From positions 1,376,312 to 1,440,311 of the forward strand of contig OZ316895.1 of NCBI GenBank assembly GCA_973895155.1: 64,000 bases of DNA, written 5' to 3'. Source of the stretch: Marsupella aquatica (taxonomy: Eukaryota; Plantae; Marchantiophyta). This document shows, one piece after another, positions 37,441 through 49,600 of this stretch; within the stretch, counting starts at the first letter, position 1, and each line of letters begins with the position of its first letter. The notes below the pieces were generated by a model. It saw nothing but the letters and a program-made list of their open reading frames with translations, did not search any database and had not been told where the DNA came from. A program made the position numbers and the translations under genes.

Positions 37441-40400
37441 GAAAATGCACTTCTTTGACTTGGACTCCAGCTTGGATCGAAGCTGGGAAGGTGTAAGCAC
37501 ATAAGCATCACATCCAAAAATCCTCAGATGTGAGTAATCTGCTAAATGCCCGTACCTCATTTCAAATGGCGTCTTGAATCCAATCGAACTGGATGGAGAA
37601 AAATTTACCAAATAAGCTGTAGTGTTGACAGCTTCAGCCCAAAACTCATGTGGTAAGCATGATTGACTCAACATACTCCTCGAGCGGTCCAATAGTGTTC
37701 GGTTGAGTCTCTCAGAAACACCATTCTGCTGAGGAGTATAACTTGTTGTGAGATGGCGGGTAATCCCCTGCTCCTTACAATACGTTCTAAATTTCCCGGA
37801 ACTGTATTCACCGCCGTTATCCGATCGAAGATATCTCACCTTATTACCAGTCTGATTCTCAACTTGGGCTTTCCACTCCTTAAAAGTGGCAAAAACATCA
37901 GACTTATTGTGTAGAAAGTATATCCACACATACCTTGAGTAATCGTCTATGAACGTGACATAGTATAACCGTCCAGAATGTGAGGGAGTAGGGGCTGGAC
38001 CCCACACATCACTATGTACATACTCAAGTACCTCCTTGCTGGTGTGAGTTCCAACTCCGAAGGGTTTCCTGTGCTGCTTCCCTAGCACACAGTGCTCACA
38101 AAATTCCAACTTACAAGATTGCAAATTAGAAAGTAATCCTTTCTTCTGAAGAATAACCAAACCTTTTTCACTCATGTGGCCCAAACGGAAGTGCCACAGC
38201 CGGGCCGTCTCCTCATGAGATAAGGTTACATTGGCTTCATCACAAACTACATTGCCCTCCAAAACGTATAGATTGTTATGTCTCTTTCCCTTCAATACAA
38301 CTTTAGTACCAGTTGAAACCTGAAGGATACCATTAGCAGAGCTCCACTGATGGCCATTTGCTTCTAAAACTCCAAGTGAAATGAGATTTTTCATCATGTT
38401 GGGAATATGTCTCACATTCCTCAACGTTCTCATAACACCATCAAACATCTGAAATCTTACAGATCCAAGTCCAACAACTTGACATGGGATTCCATTTCCC
38501 ATCAACCCTGACCCGTTGGAAACCGTGTAAGAACTAAAACAATCTCTCCTAGAGCAAATGTGAAAAGTACATGCACTATCTAGAATCCAGTCATCACTAC
38601 CTGGATTTGACACTGCGTTGAGAGCATAACCTTGACATCACAATATGTCATCATCATCGAGTAAATCTACCTCATGCGAGCTCGATGCCGCGTTAGCAGA
38701 GGCAGTAGGGACCTTTACTCGACAATCCCTTTTCATGTGGCCAGGCTTGCCACAATTCCAACATGCAAGAGGCTTCCATGCAAGAGGCTTCCTCTCTTGC
38801 GATTTCCCTCTGGATTTAGATCTCCCCTGTGATGTAGATCTAAACCTATTCTGTCCATTCGTGCGCTGCGCTGCTCTTCCCCTGTTCACATTGAGTGCAG
38901 TGCCAGAAGAAGATGTTGTCTGTGATTGACCCAACTTCTTCTTAGCATCATCAGACAATAAAGAGCTCACCACCTCATTATACGAAATGGACTTCAGATC
39001 TCTGTATAAGAGCACCTGTTTCAAGCCCTGATATGACGGCGGTAAGGAGCTTAGCAGAAGCAAGGCCTTTTCCTCATCTTCAACTCCTTTTCCCAGGTTT
39101 GACAAATCCACCGCTAGACTGTCAAATTCATCCAGGTGATCCTGCATCTTGCTCCCTTCCTTGAGCTTGAGGCTCATCAAGAGAGACTTCTTGTACAACC
39201 GGTCTGATGCATCTTCCCGGTAGTACTTCTCTCTAAGAACCTTGAACAGTGACGCGCAATCCGCATAATCATCCAGTTGCTTGATGATGTGCGGCTTGAG
39301 ATATAGCATCACTGCATTGACAGCAATCACCTGCTCCTGTCTCCACTGTCTCACAGAAATCTCCTCCTCTCCATCATACTGCTATCGCGATGAAAGCAGA
39401 TGAGCTAAGCCCATGGCCCGTAGAACACCCTTCACTTGCTTCTCCCATAGCAAATAATCAGTACGACCATCGTACTTCTCCACCTCAAACTTCACTCCTC
39501 CAAATCTAGCCATCTCCCTCTTCTTCCCTACTACCGACAGCTCTGGTAGTAACACAGCTTCCTCCACTGCATGCCGCACCAGTGATCGTACCGGTGTCAC
39601 TAGTTCTTCCTCAAACGGTAGCAGCTCCTCCTCAGACTCTCCATCTGACCGTCGCGATCCTGAAGCTCCATCGACGCCAATTCTTCCAGTATCCCCCGAG
39701 TCACTCATATGAAACAATCACGAAAAAACGTCTTTTTTCAAAACTTCTCATAAAACTCAAAACTCAACACCGCCGTGTAACCCACGAAGTTGGGAGTCCA
39801 ATACTGAAAGTCGAAATCAAAATTGAAATTCGACGAAAAAGTTATTCAAATTTCGGTCGGGGTGGGTAAAACCTTGGGAAACTCCCCCGTTTTGACCACC
39901 TCGGAGAATAACCAAAATACCAAGTACAACCCGTCGTCGGAATCGCGATGTGATTGGTGCGCCGTGTTGCTAACTCCAGTGGCAATGTCCTCACCAAAAA
40001 AGAACCAAAAAAGTTACCGTTCGGCGGACGGAATCTTTGTCGGATGGCCAAAAAACAGCTCTCTATTTTTTGGGAATATTCCCGCACAGTCCGACAGATC
40101 TCACAGGGGGTCGTTCCCCCTGTCGGAGCGGTTAAAATGGAGGGCCACCGGTCCCCGGACAGCCAATAGAAGAGCCGACAAGAAAAAGACAAAAAAAATG
40201 GCCCTAAAGGGGTGCAAAGCGCCCTAAATTGAAAAAATACGAGTATAAAAAGGCGCATCCGCGTATAGGCGACGCGAGGCGGGCCAGGAAGTATACACGT
40301 ATTGGGCCGAGCATTTACAAGGCGTATGGTACGGGGTACGGGGAGTACCCGGGCGGCTGCATACGCAGCCGCGGTCATATAGTCGGCGCGAGTGAGGCGG

Positions 40401-41444
40401 GGCGAAAAATAGCCGGCAGCTTTTGATGGTGGCAGGGCCGCACACGCTGTGGGCTCAGGCAATGAGCAAGGCCGGAGCACGAAAAAGGAGGGAGGCGAGC
40501 AAGGGCACGGCCGGGGAGCAGCAGCCAGTCGGGGGGAGGGTGGGCACTGGCAGCGCGAGCGCGCACACAGCGCCGGCCGGCGCTGGGCAGCTCGCTCTGC
40601 GCCTGAAATAACGAGGGTGCGGGGGAGGGGGGGCGCGCATACACGGTACACAGTGCGGGATGGGGAGGAGGTGGAGAACGTGTGTTTATACACACATTCG
40701 TGTGTGTATACACACACAAGGGGTTAAACCCCTTTAAAACCAAAAATGACCCCCCCCCCAACGGAAAAAGGCAAAAACTCACCTTTGCCGCCGCTGTTTC
40801 CAACGAGTAAAATGAACGCTGCCGACGGTAAAAGTGGTCGAATTTCACCGGCACAGTTTGCAAGCTCAGCAAAGACTACACTTTTCGTCGCGTCGCCTTC
40901 ACTTCGCATCAAGTGCCAATCCCGGACTCAAAACGACCGCCTCGCTGCGATCAAACCGTTGAGCCGTAGCACTTTGCGCTTCTTCCACCGAGTCGGACGT
41001 CACGAAGAGAAACCTGGTTCAGATGAGAACAAGCTCCATAGCTTATGAAAAAACCTGAACGCCTCCTTCACTCGTCACGACGCACTTGGTAACAACTCGG
41101 CAGCAACTCAACTACCAAAATGACCAGCTCGCATCAACCTTCAACTTGAGCTATAATGTGCGATCCCTCCCGCACCACACAGCTCACTCCGTTGAAAAAC
41201 GCGATCTCTGGTCTCTCCCCCGAAAACCTGTCGAACACGAATAAAACCTGAACGACGCAAACTTCAATTCCTCTGCACCACGGATACCGATCAGCGAGTT
41301 CTAACCACCGTTAGAAAGCCCTCTCACTAACCTATCCGCTCAGCCACACACATTCGAGTTTCATGCGATGAAACTCCGAATGTACCATCGACAATGAACG
41401 CTGGAAAAACCTGTCACGAAAAAACCTCGTCACCTCCCAAGCAT

Positions 41445-41456
41445 GCTTTGATACCA
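41445..41456 (-). promoter_or_regulatory. Copia-A primer binding site (tRNA-iMet)
   Basis: TGGTATCAAAGC, 2 nt inside the 5' LTR boundary. Confidence 0.9.
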
Positions 41457-41560
41457 CTTGTTGAGCATAGACGACATTCGTAACGGCAAGCCCATGAACC
41501 ATCCAACGCACAAGAGTCGACACAGAGAGATACGTGGTTCACCTCCACATGAGGCTACGT

Positions 41561-44500
41561 TGTGGTGCGTCCCATGGCTCCCTAAACCCAAGAAACCCCC
41601 CAGCTCAAGCCGATTCCCGCAGGTTTCGCGCTTGGCGAGGCCGTTTCCGCGGCTTAGCGGCATGGGACGCTGCTAACCTTCTACTACTACTATTAACATT
41701 TTACACACATATACTGGACAGATCCTTCATCGGGTCATGAGATACGTAGCCGGCCTAATCTAGGCCTTCCCCTGTCTTCCCCTCCGTCTTGTTAGGTATG
41801 TTTGGATTCCGCCGCCGGAATGATCCCCAATAGGCTTGGTTAAGCCGCTAAGACCTCTCTCAGCTCGACACATCCAACTCTCACTCCCCTGCTTACTTTC
41901 CTTCCTTTTGGTTGATGTGGGCACTCTTCACACAAGTTAATGCGACACACAAATAGCAAAATGACTCATTCTGATTGAGTCATACCATGCACTTGCCATA
42001 CAAACAGTACATCTCATACACAAGTTCTGCGAACTAAGCCGTGAGGCCAACTCTATTCAGCTCTTAGGCATGAGGAAACATGAATATACACAAGGGTCAC
42101 TGTATGACTAACCGAGAGCTTCTCGTACTACTTGATCCCAGCCCGGCTGGTGCAAACTAAAAACTTGCTAAAGAAGAGGCCCTTAGCTCCCCGCTGCCCA
42201 GGTACTTATCCTGGTAGTGGATCCGCCATTCTTTGCATCGTAAGCCTAATCTACCTAACAGTAATCTACTTGCCCGAATCTACCTATGTACAGCAAGGCA
42301 GGAGCACAAGTGTTGCTCCTACCAGTGGGACCGCAATCCCACTAAGCTAAGTATCAGGGCCGCTCCTGGTTCTGATCCTAATCCTAAACGTGGAGATCCG
42401 CGCCCGCCCTGCTCACTCACGCCTCCTCCCTCCACGTCCGCCCTCCCTAAAAGGAACGGCACCTTTGCACCGTCACGACACCGGTGGTGGATCCTTAATG
42501 GACGCCCCCAACGCTTCCTCCTCAGCCACTGCCGTAGGCTCATTCCCTGATAGATTACCTGCCCTTGACTGAGTCAATTCTCCCTCGGCCTGACTGGGTC
42601 CACCATCGGCGTTGGCATCGGCTCGGGAATCGGTTACGGCCTCAGCCTCGGCTACGGTCTCCCCGGCCTGCTCAAGAGGCGGATCTGGAATACCGGCCTC
42701 ATTACTGAGTAGTTCGGCTTGGGCCGCACCACCCCCACCTGTGATGATAGCGGGATCTATTGCCGTATTCATGCCGGAGGATGGTGCTGGTTCTACCTCT
42801 TTGGTCACCACGGCTTGTGGAGTCGGATTACTCCTTGACCCTGAAGGTTTCCGCTTTTTCTTCTTTTCTGGTTCGGCAGCTGGTCCCTTCCCCTTCCCAC
42901 TTACTTCCGGCACTGGTGCAGTTGGCGCGGCTTTTTCTTCGGCCAGTACCACTCCTGGTAACTTGGTTGCCCCAATTGGAGTTGGGCCTAATGAAGACAA
43001 GCACTTAAATACTGCGGCTTGTTTCTTCAGCCGCTCCGTTTGGTTGTCGGCCCGCCGCTGGAGGTTCTCCATCTTCCTCGTGATTTCCTCCAACTCCTCC
43101 TGGGTCTCATCCAGGTCCTTGCGTGCCTCCTCTAGTTCCTTTTGGGCTTCCTCCCGTTCTTGTTTCAAGGTAGTCCTCTCCTCCTGGGTTGCTCTTAGCT
43201 CCTTGTCGAGCTCTGCAATGATGACAGACTCCATCTGGTTCATCTTGGCGTAAGTCTGTTCGAGCATCTCGTCCTTCTCCCTTAGGTCTGCCTTGAAGCT
43301 GGCCGTCAGGGACGCAAGCTCCTGCTGCAGCGCCATAATCCCTTGATAGGATTTCCCTAACTCGGCCTCCTTCTGCCCAAGGGCTCCGCGGATTTTCTCG
43401 AGCTCCCCCTTCAACGCCCATTCCTTTCTTTGGGTCTCTGCCATGGCCCGGCTGTTGGCTGTTATGTGGGCCTCCTCTGTATTCTTCAGCTCTTGCTTCC
43501 ACTTCTCCCTCTCTTTGATCGTGTCGGCCAACTCTCCCTGCGTCTGAGTCAGTTTATCCTTGATATTCTGATTATCAGCCTGCGCGGTGTCCAACTGCCC
43601 CTGCATGATGTTCAGCTCATGTCGTTTAATCCGCAGTTCATCTTGGGCTTTCTTGGCCGCCCTTAGATCTTCAATCTCGGCTTCCATCCTCCTAAGCTGC
43701 CGAATGACCTCGTCCTTCTTGCTTCTCTCTAAAGCCACCGCTTCTTCTAATTGGTGCTTCTCCAACTGCTCCCTATGGAAAAAGGGTCCTACCTCCAACT
43801 CCTCTCCAAAGATGCCGAGCGCAAGTTCCCCACACATCTCACCATACTCCATGGCTCTATTCTTAGCGTAGGTGGAGTAAGTAGAAGTGATCGACATCGC
43901 CCATCGCGGCCTCTGCTCCCAAGCCGTCTTGCGGATCTCTTCAATCGTGGCTAGAGGTTTGCTTCCTTTTTTGGCTAGCCGCCTGATGTCCTCCGGCCAA
44001 TCTCCTCCTGGTAAATCCTTTTCCCTAGCCAGGGCTGCCTCCTCTTCCTGCTTGATTCGCTCCTGAAATTCCTGCACCGTCTGTTTTATGCCGTCGAAGC
44101 TCGGGGGAGCAACATCTGGTGGGGGAGACTCAGGGCTACTCTGCTGGTTGGGGTCCCCTCGCACTACCCTTGGAAGTGTGGGGACAAACCGGCCACAGGT
44201 CCTTACTCCTGGGACGTGATGGTCCGACCCATAGCAGGAATTATCATGGCTGCAGTCCTCCACTGCCTCCTCTACTTCTTGGCCGTCCGGCTTCTCCCTC
44301 TCCTCTTCCTCGGTAGGAGCTTTAGGCAATTCTGCCTCAGATTCGGAGCTTGAGATTCCCACATACATTCGAACACCTGGCTTGGATTCAGGCCTGATTC
44401 TCTCCTTGTCTCCAGCAAAGGGGTTTTCTCTTGTGAGCCGGTGTAGGCCTACCTCTGTAGTAGTGTCCTGCATTGTTGCCGTTGCCGTTGTTGTTGCCGA

Positions 44501-46223
44501 TGCCGATTTCTTTTCTTTCTCCAGTAGTTTCAGCAGACTCTGCATGCCTGGTTGCTACATCGGCAAGTCCTCCTTCCTGGGCCTAAACACGTGCTCGATC
44601 GTAGGGCTAACAGGTGGTTGAGGCTTCTCAGCCAACGGCCTCGGCGTTGGAGCTTCCTCGGGTGCCCTTACCTGCAGGGGAAGTACCGGGGCAAAAGTTT
44701 GACCTCTGGCATACCGGCACAACAGCGGCATGTGATAGCCAAGCCGCGACACGCTCCCCATGCCAATTACCTGCTGCTCCTCCTTTAAGATCTTCTTCAA
44801 TTGGTTGAGGAGGTACCCGTTGTAGTCCCGGCTTGGGTCTGGCCTTTCTGCCAGATAGACCTGTGCCTTGCCGATCTCTGCCCTCGGCAAGTTACAATGC
44901 ATGGTCACCCGCAAGAAGTCGATCATCTCTCCTATGTGCGGGTTGGTGCAGGTGTTCCGGAAGAAGCCATTCTTCATTGATGGCCCGGGGAACGACCGGA
45001 ACTCCTTGTCAGGCAAGGTCTTCCTGGTATCAACTTTGGTCTTATTGCCTATCGGCAAGCCAAACACTTCGGCAATTACCTTGGGAGTAAGATAGAAATC
45101 CTTCCCATATATCCTCGTGCAATTGGTCTCGGGTTCCCATGACCCCACGAATTCTAATAGGTCTGACTCCGGTACCTCCGGCTTCAGCCATGGTAATCTT
45201 ACAAAGGCCTCTAAGCCGGATCCGGCCATGAAGCCTTGGTACTTCTTGGTCTGCATGGCCGTGAAGCATGCATCCTCCTCCCGTGCAAAATGTAGTTGCA
45301 CCTCCACCGGTAGGGTTGCCGCCCAGCCCTTCCAGGTGTCATCCCTGGTTGGAATGGCCTTGATGGGATCGACCTCCTCCTCTTCGGCTTCTCCCTGCCT
45401 CCTGCTCTGCTGCTCGGTTGGCTTCTTTGGTGCCGCCGACCTCGTTCTTTTTGCCGGGGTGGCTTCATCATTGACGGCTCCTTTCCTCTTCATCTCTGCT
45501 GCCGTGGAGGTTTCTCCTAGCACCGTTGCCTGGGTCCACCTTTCTGTGCTACCCTTTAATTCCCAGTGTATGTCGTTGCAGTTCTTGATGGCCTCTCGGA
45601 TGCCGACAACGCTGTCTTTGCAAAACAGAAGATCGTCGAGTTGATTGGAAGTAGGCGTCCACAGGAACTCGTCCTTGATGAGTTCGCCTCCTAAGAAAGC
45701 CGTCTTCTGCAGCTCCCACAATCGAGCGAGCTCCTACCGTTCTCGAGCTACCCTTTCTGATTCCTCGTCCTCGTAAGTCTTGATGTACTCAGTTGCCCGT
45801 TCGAACAGGCATCCCCAGAAATGTGCCGCTTGATTGACGTTGTTCATACCCTCCTTAGGTCGATCGTCGGTATCTACTCTCTCCGCGAGTGCTTGCCTAA
45901 GCAGCTGACAGTAGTTGGCCTCCCGTAGTCGTCTGCCTAGTTCGTGCTCGCAAATGAGCCACCATCTCCTGCAAGCGCTCCTTACCCCTCTCCTCTGCCA
46001 GTCCTTCTTCCCGTTGATCCTTCCTAGCCGCCGACGCTTAACGCGCCCTAACCCTAATCAAGTTTTCACCCTCAGCGTCCTTACCTCCGGCCTCGGCCCG
46101 GGTTCCATGGTTGCCCCTAATGGTTTATATTTTCCTTATTTTGTCCCTATACTAAGGTGTTCCTAGGGTGCCTTCCTGCTTTACCCACTTAACTGGCCGA
46201 GTGATTCCTGTCTAGGCATCACA
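41561..46223 (-). mobile_element. Gypsy solo LTR (4663 bp) inserted in the Copia-A 5' LTR
   Basis: TG...CA termini, perfect TSD TACGT. Near-identical reverse complement of 46673-51344. Confidence 0.95.
42473..46108 (-). pseudogene. LTR-encoded protein, copy 1 (1212 codons, two CAG>TAG stops)
   Basis: Single frame from ATG 46108 to TGA 42473. The stops at 45734 and 44555 are CAG in the other copies. Confidence 0.85.
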
Positions 46224-46672
46224 TACGTCCACGGGAACACATAAGAGCTTTACTGCACTCTAGGCCGACCGGCCATACCAAGCATCCACAGCACAAGCTC
46301 TCCCTATCTCTCAACTAGCTCCGTAACATCAGCCCTGGCATATGCACACCAGCACTACCGCTAACATTAGCTAAGTCCTAACCCGAGTTAGACTAACTAT
46401 GGTTAGCTCATGAGTCACAAGACTAGAGCAATATCTAACAGACATATCACACCTGGGAATACATCCTTTCTCTGAAACAGCCATGTGCCTGAAACTGTCA
46501 ACTAGCCACTGAATAATTGGTGCAATGTTTGATCTTCCTCATGCATAAATAGAATTGAACAAATATCTGTTTGAATGTCCATGATTTTACATGGGAATAC
46601 TATTACTAGTACTCCAAACTGATTTATACAAATAAGGGTGATTGGCCAATTTCTAGATTGTGGATGACAAGG

Positions 46673-49600
46673 TGTGATGCCTAGACAGGAATCACTCGGC
46701 CGGTTAAGTGGGTAAAGTAGGAAGGCACCCTAGGAACACCTTAGTATAGGGACAAAACAAGGAAAATATAAACAATTAAGGGCAACCATGGAACCCGGGC
46801 CGAGGCCGGAGGTAAGGCTGAGGGTGAAAACCCGATTAGGGTTTAGGGCGCGTTAAGCATCGGCGGCTAGGAAGGATCAACGGGAAGAAGGACCGGCGGA
46901 GGAGAGGGGTAAGAAGCGCTTGCAGGAGATGGTGGCTCATTTGCGAGCACGAACTAGGCAGACGACTATGGGAGGCCAACTACTGTCAGCTGCTTAGGGC
47001 AAGCACTCGGGGAGAGAGTAGATACCGACGATCGACCTAAGGAGGGTATGAGCAATGTCAATCAAGCGGCACATTTCTGGGGATGCCTGTTCGAACGGGC
47101 AACTGAGTACATCAAGACTTACGAGGACGAGGAGTCAGAAAGGGCAGCTCGAGAACGGCAGGAGCTCGCTCGATTGTGGGAGCTGCAGAAGACGGATTTC
47201 TTAGGAGGCGAACTCATCAAGGACGAGTTCCTGTGGACGCCTACTTCCAATCAACTCGACGATCTTCTGTTTTGCAAAGACAGCATCGTCGGCATCCGAG
47301 AGGCCATCAAGAACTGCAACGACATACACTGGGAATTAAAGGGTAGCACGGAAAGGTGGACCCAGGCAACGGTGCTAGGAGAAACCTCCACGGCAGCAGA
47401 GATGAAGAGGAAGGGAGCCGTCAACGATGAAGCCACCCCGGCAAAAAGAACGAGGTCGGCGGCACCAAAGAAGCCAGCCGAGCAGCAGAACAGGAGGCAG
47501 GGAGAAGCCGAAGAGGAGGAGGTCGATCCCATCAAGGCCATTCCAACCAGGGATGACACCTGGAAGGGCTGGGCGGCAACCCTACCGGTGGAGGTGCAAC
47601 TACATTTTGCACGGGAGGAGGATGCATGCTTGACGGCCATGCAGACCAAGAAGTACCAAGGCTTCATGGCCGGATCTGGCTTGGAGGCCTTTGTAAGATT
47701 ACCATGGCTGAAGCCGGAGGTACCGGAGTCAGACCTATTAGAATTCGTGGGGTCATGGGAACCCGAGACCAATTGCACGAGGATATATGGGAAGGATTTC
47801 TATCTTACTCCCAAGGTAATTGCCGAAGTGTTTGGCTTGCCGATAGGCAATAAGACCAAAGTTGATACCAGGAAGACCTTGCCTGACAAGGAGTTCCGGT
47901 CGTTCCCCGGGCCATCAACGAAGAATGGCTTCTTCCGGAACACCTGCACCAACCCGCACATAGGAGAGATGATCGACTTCTTGCGGGTGACCATGCATTG
48001 TAACTTGCCGAGGGCAGAGATCGGCAAGGCACAGGTCTATCTGGCAGAAAGGCCAGACCCAAGCCGGGACTACAACGGGTACCTCCTCAACCAATTGAAG
48101 AAGATCTTAAAAGGAGGAGCAGCAGGTAATCGGCATGGGGAGCGTGTCGCGGCTGGGCTATCACATGCCGCTGTTGTGCCGGTATGCCAGAGGTCAGACT
48201 TTTGCCCCGGTACTTCCCCTGCAGGTAAGGGCACCCGAGGAAGCTCCAACGCCGAGGCCGTTGGCTGAGAAGCCTCAACCACCTGTTAGTCCTACGATCG
48301 AGCACGTGTTTAGGCCCAGGAAGGAGGACTTGCCGATGCAGCAACCAGGCATGCAGAGTCTGCTGAAACTACTGGAGAAAGAAAAGAAATCGGCATCGGC
48401 AACAACAACGGCAACGGCAACAATGCAGGACACTACTACAGAGGTAGGCCTACACCGGCTCACAAGAGAAAACCCCTTTGCTGGAGACAAGGAGAGAATC
48501 AGGCCGGAATCCAAGCCAGGTGTTCGAATGTACGTGGGAACCTCAAGCTCCGAATCTGAGGCAGAATTGCCTGAAGCTCCTACCGACGAAGAGGAGAGGG
48601 AGAAGCCGGACGTCCAAGAAGTAGAGGAGGCAGTGGAGGACTGCAGCCATGATAATTCCGGCTATGGGTCGGACCATCACGTTCCAGGAGTAAGGACCTG
48701 TGGCCGGTTTGTCCCCACACTTCCAAGGGTAGTGCGAGGGGACCCCAACCAGCAGAGTAGCCCTGAGTCTCCCCCACCAGATGTTGCTCCCCCGAGCTTC
48801 GACGGCATAAAACAGACGGTGCAGGAATTTCAGGAGCGAATCAAGCAGGAGGAGGAGGCCGCCCTGGCTAAGGAAAAGGATTTACCAGGAGGAGATTGGC
48901 CGGAGGACATCAGGCGGCTAGCCAAAAAAGGAAGCAAACCTCTAGCCACGATTGAAGAGATCCGCAGGACGGCTTGGGAGCAGAGGCCGCGATGGGCGAT
49001 GCCGATCACTTCTACTTACTCCACCTACGCTAAGAATAGAGCCATGGAGTATGGTGAGATGTGTGGGGAACTTGCGCTCGGCATCTTTGGAGAGGAGTTG
49101 GAGGTAGGACCCTTTTTCCATAGGGAGCAGTTGGAGAAGCACCAATTAGAAGAAGCGGTGGCTTTAGAGAGAAGCAAGAAGGACGAGGTCATTCGGCGGC
49201 TTAGGAGGATGGAAGCCGAGATTGAAGATCTAAGGGCGGCCAAGAAAGCCCAAGATGAACTGCGGATTAAACGACATGAGCTGAACATCATGCAGGGGCA
49301 GTTGGACACCGCGCAGGCTGATAATCAGAATATCAAGGATAAACTGACTCAGACGCAGGAAGAGTTGGCCGACACGATCAAAGAGAGGGAGAAGTGGAAG
49401 CAAGAGCTGAAGAATACAAAGGAGGCCCACATAACAGCCAACAGCCGGGCCATGGCGGAGACCCAAAGAAAGGAATGGGCGTTGAAAGGGGAGCTCGAGA
49501 AAATCCGTGGAGCCCTTGAGCAGAAGGAGGTCGAGTTAGGGAAATCCTATCAAGGGATTATGGCGCTGCAGCAGGAGCTTGCGTCCCTGACGGCCAGCTT

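Larger units (their letters stand above)
29004..39708 (-). pseudogene. Copia-A gag-pol polyprotein, interrupted by Copia-B, stops and a frameshift
   Basis: Motifs FEVEKYDG, CWNCGKPGHMKRDC, WILDSA, LWH.RLGH, SDNGGEY, KARLVAKG, QMDV.TAFL, YVDDML, KHIDIRYHF. Stops at 39382, 38638, 30089 and 29340; frameshift near 29980. Confidence 0.93.
28453..46440 (-). mobile_element. Copia-A: full-length Ty1/Copia LTR retrotransposon (Tnt1/Tork-like) with two nested insertions
   Basis: TSD GACAT at 28448-28452 and 46441-46445. Paired LTRs, tRNA-iMet PBS, PPT, gag-PR-INT-RT-RH order. Confidence 0.95.
41459..46440 (-). repeat. Copia-A 5' LTR, split into 41459-41560 and 46229-46440
   Basis: The two halves rejoin to match 28453-28796, apart from a 29-bp deletion and a few substitutions. 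Confidence 0.93.

Noticed and set aside
39842-41048. Several long overlapping ORFs in the Copia-A leader
   Set aside because: GC-rich 5' UTR with low stop frequency and no recognisable domains. The same applies to 18900-19620.
42612-43253. Antisense ORFs repeated in each LTR copy
   Set aside because: Shadow frames of the Glu/Lys-rich sense ORF; they recur only because the LTRs are near-identical.
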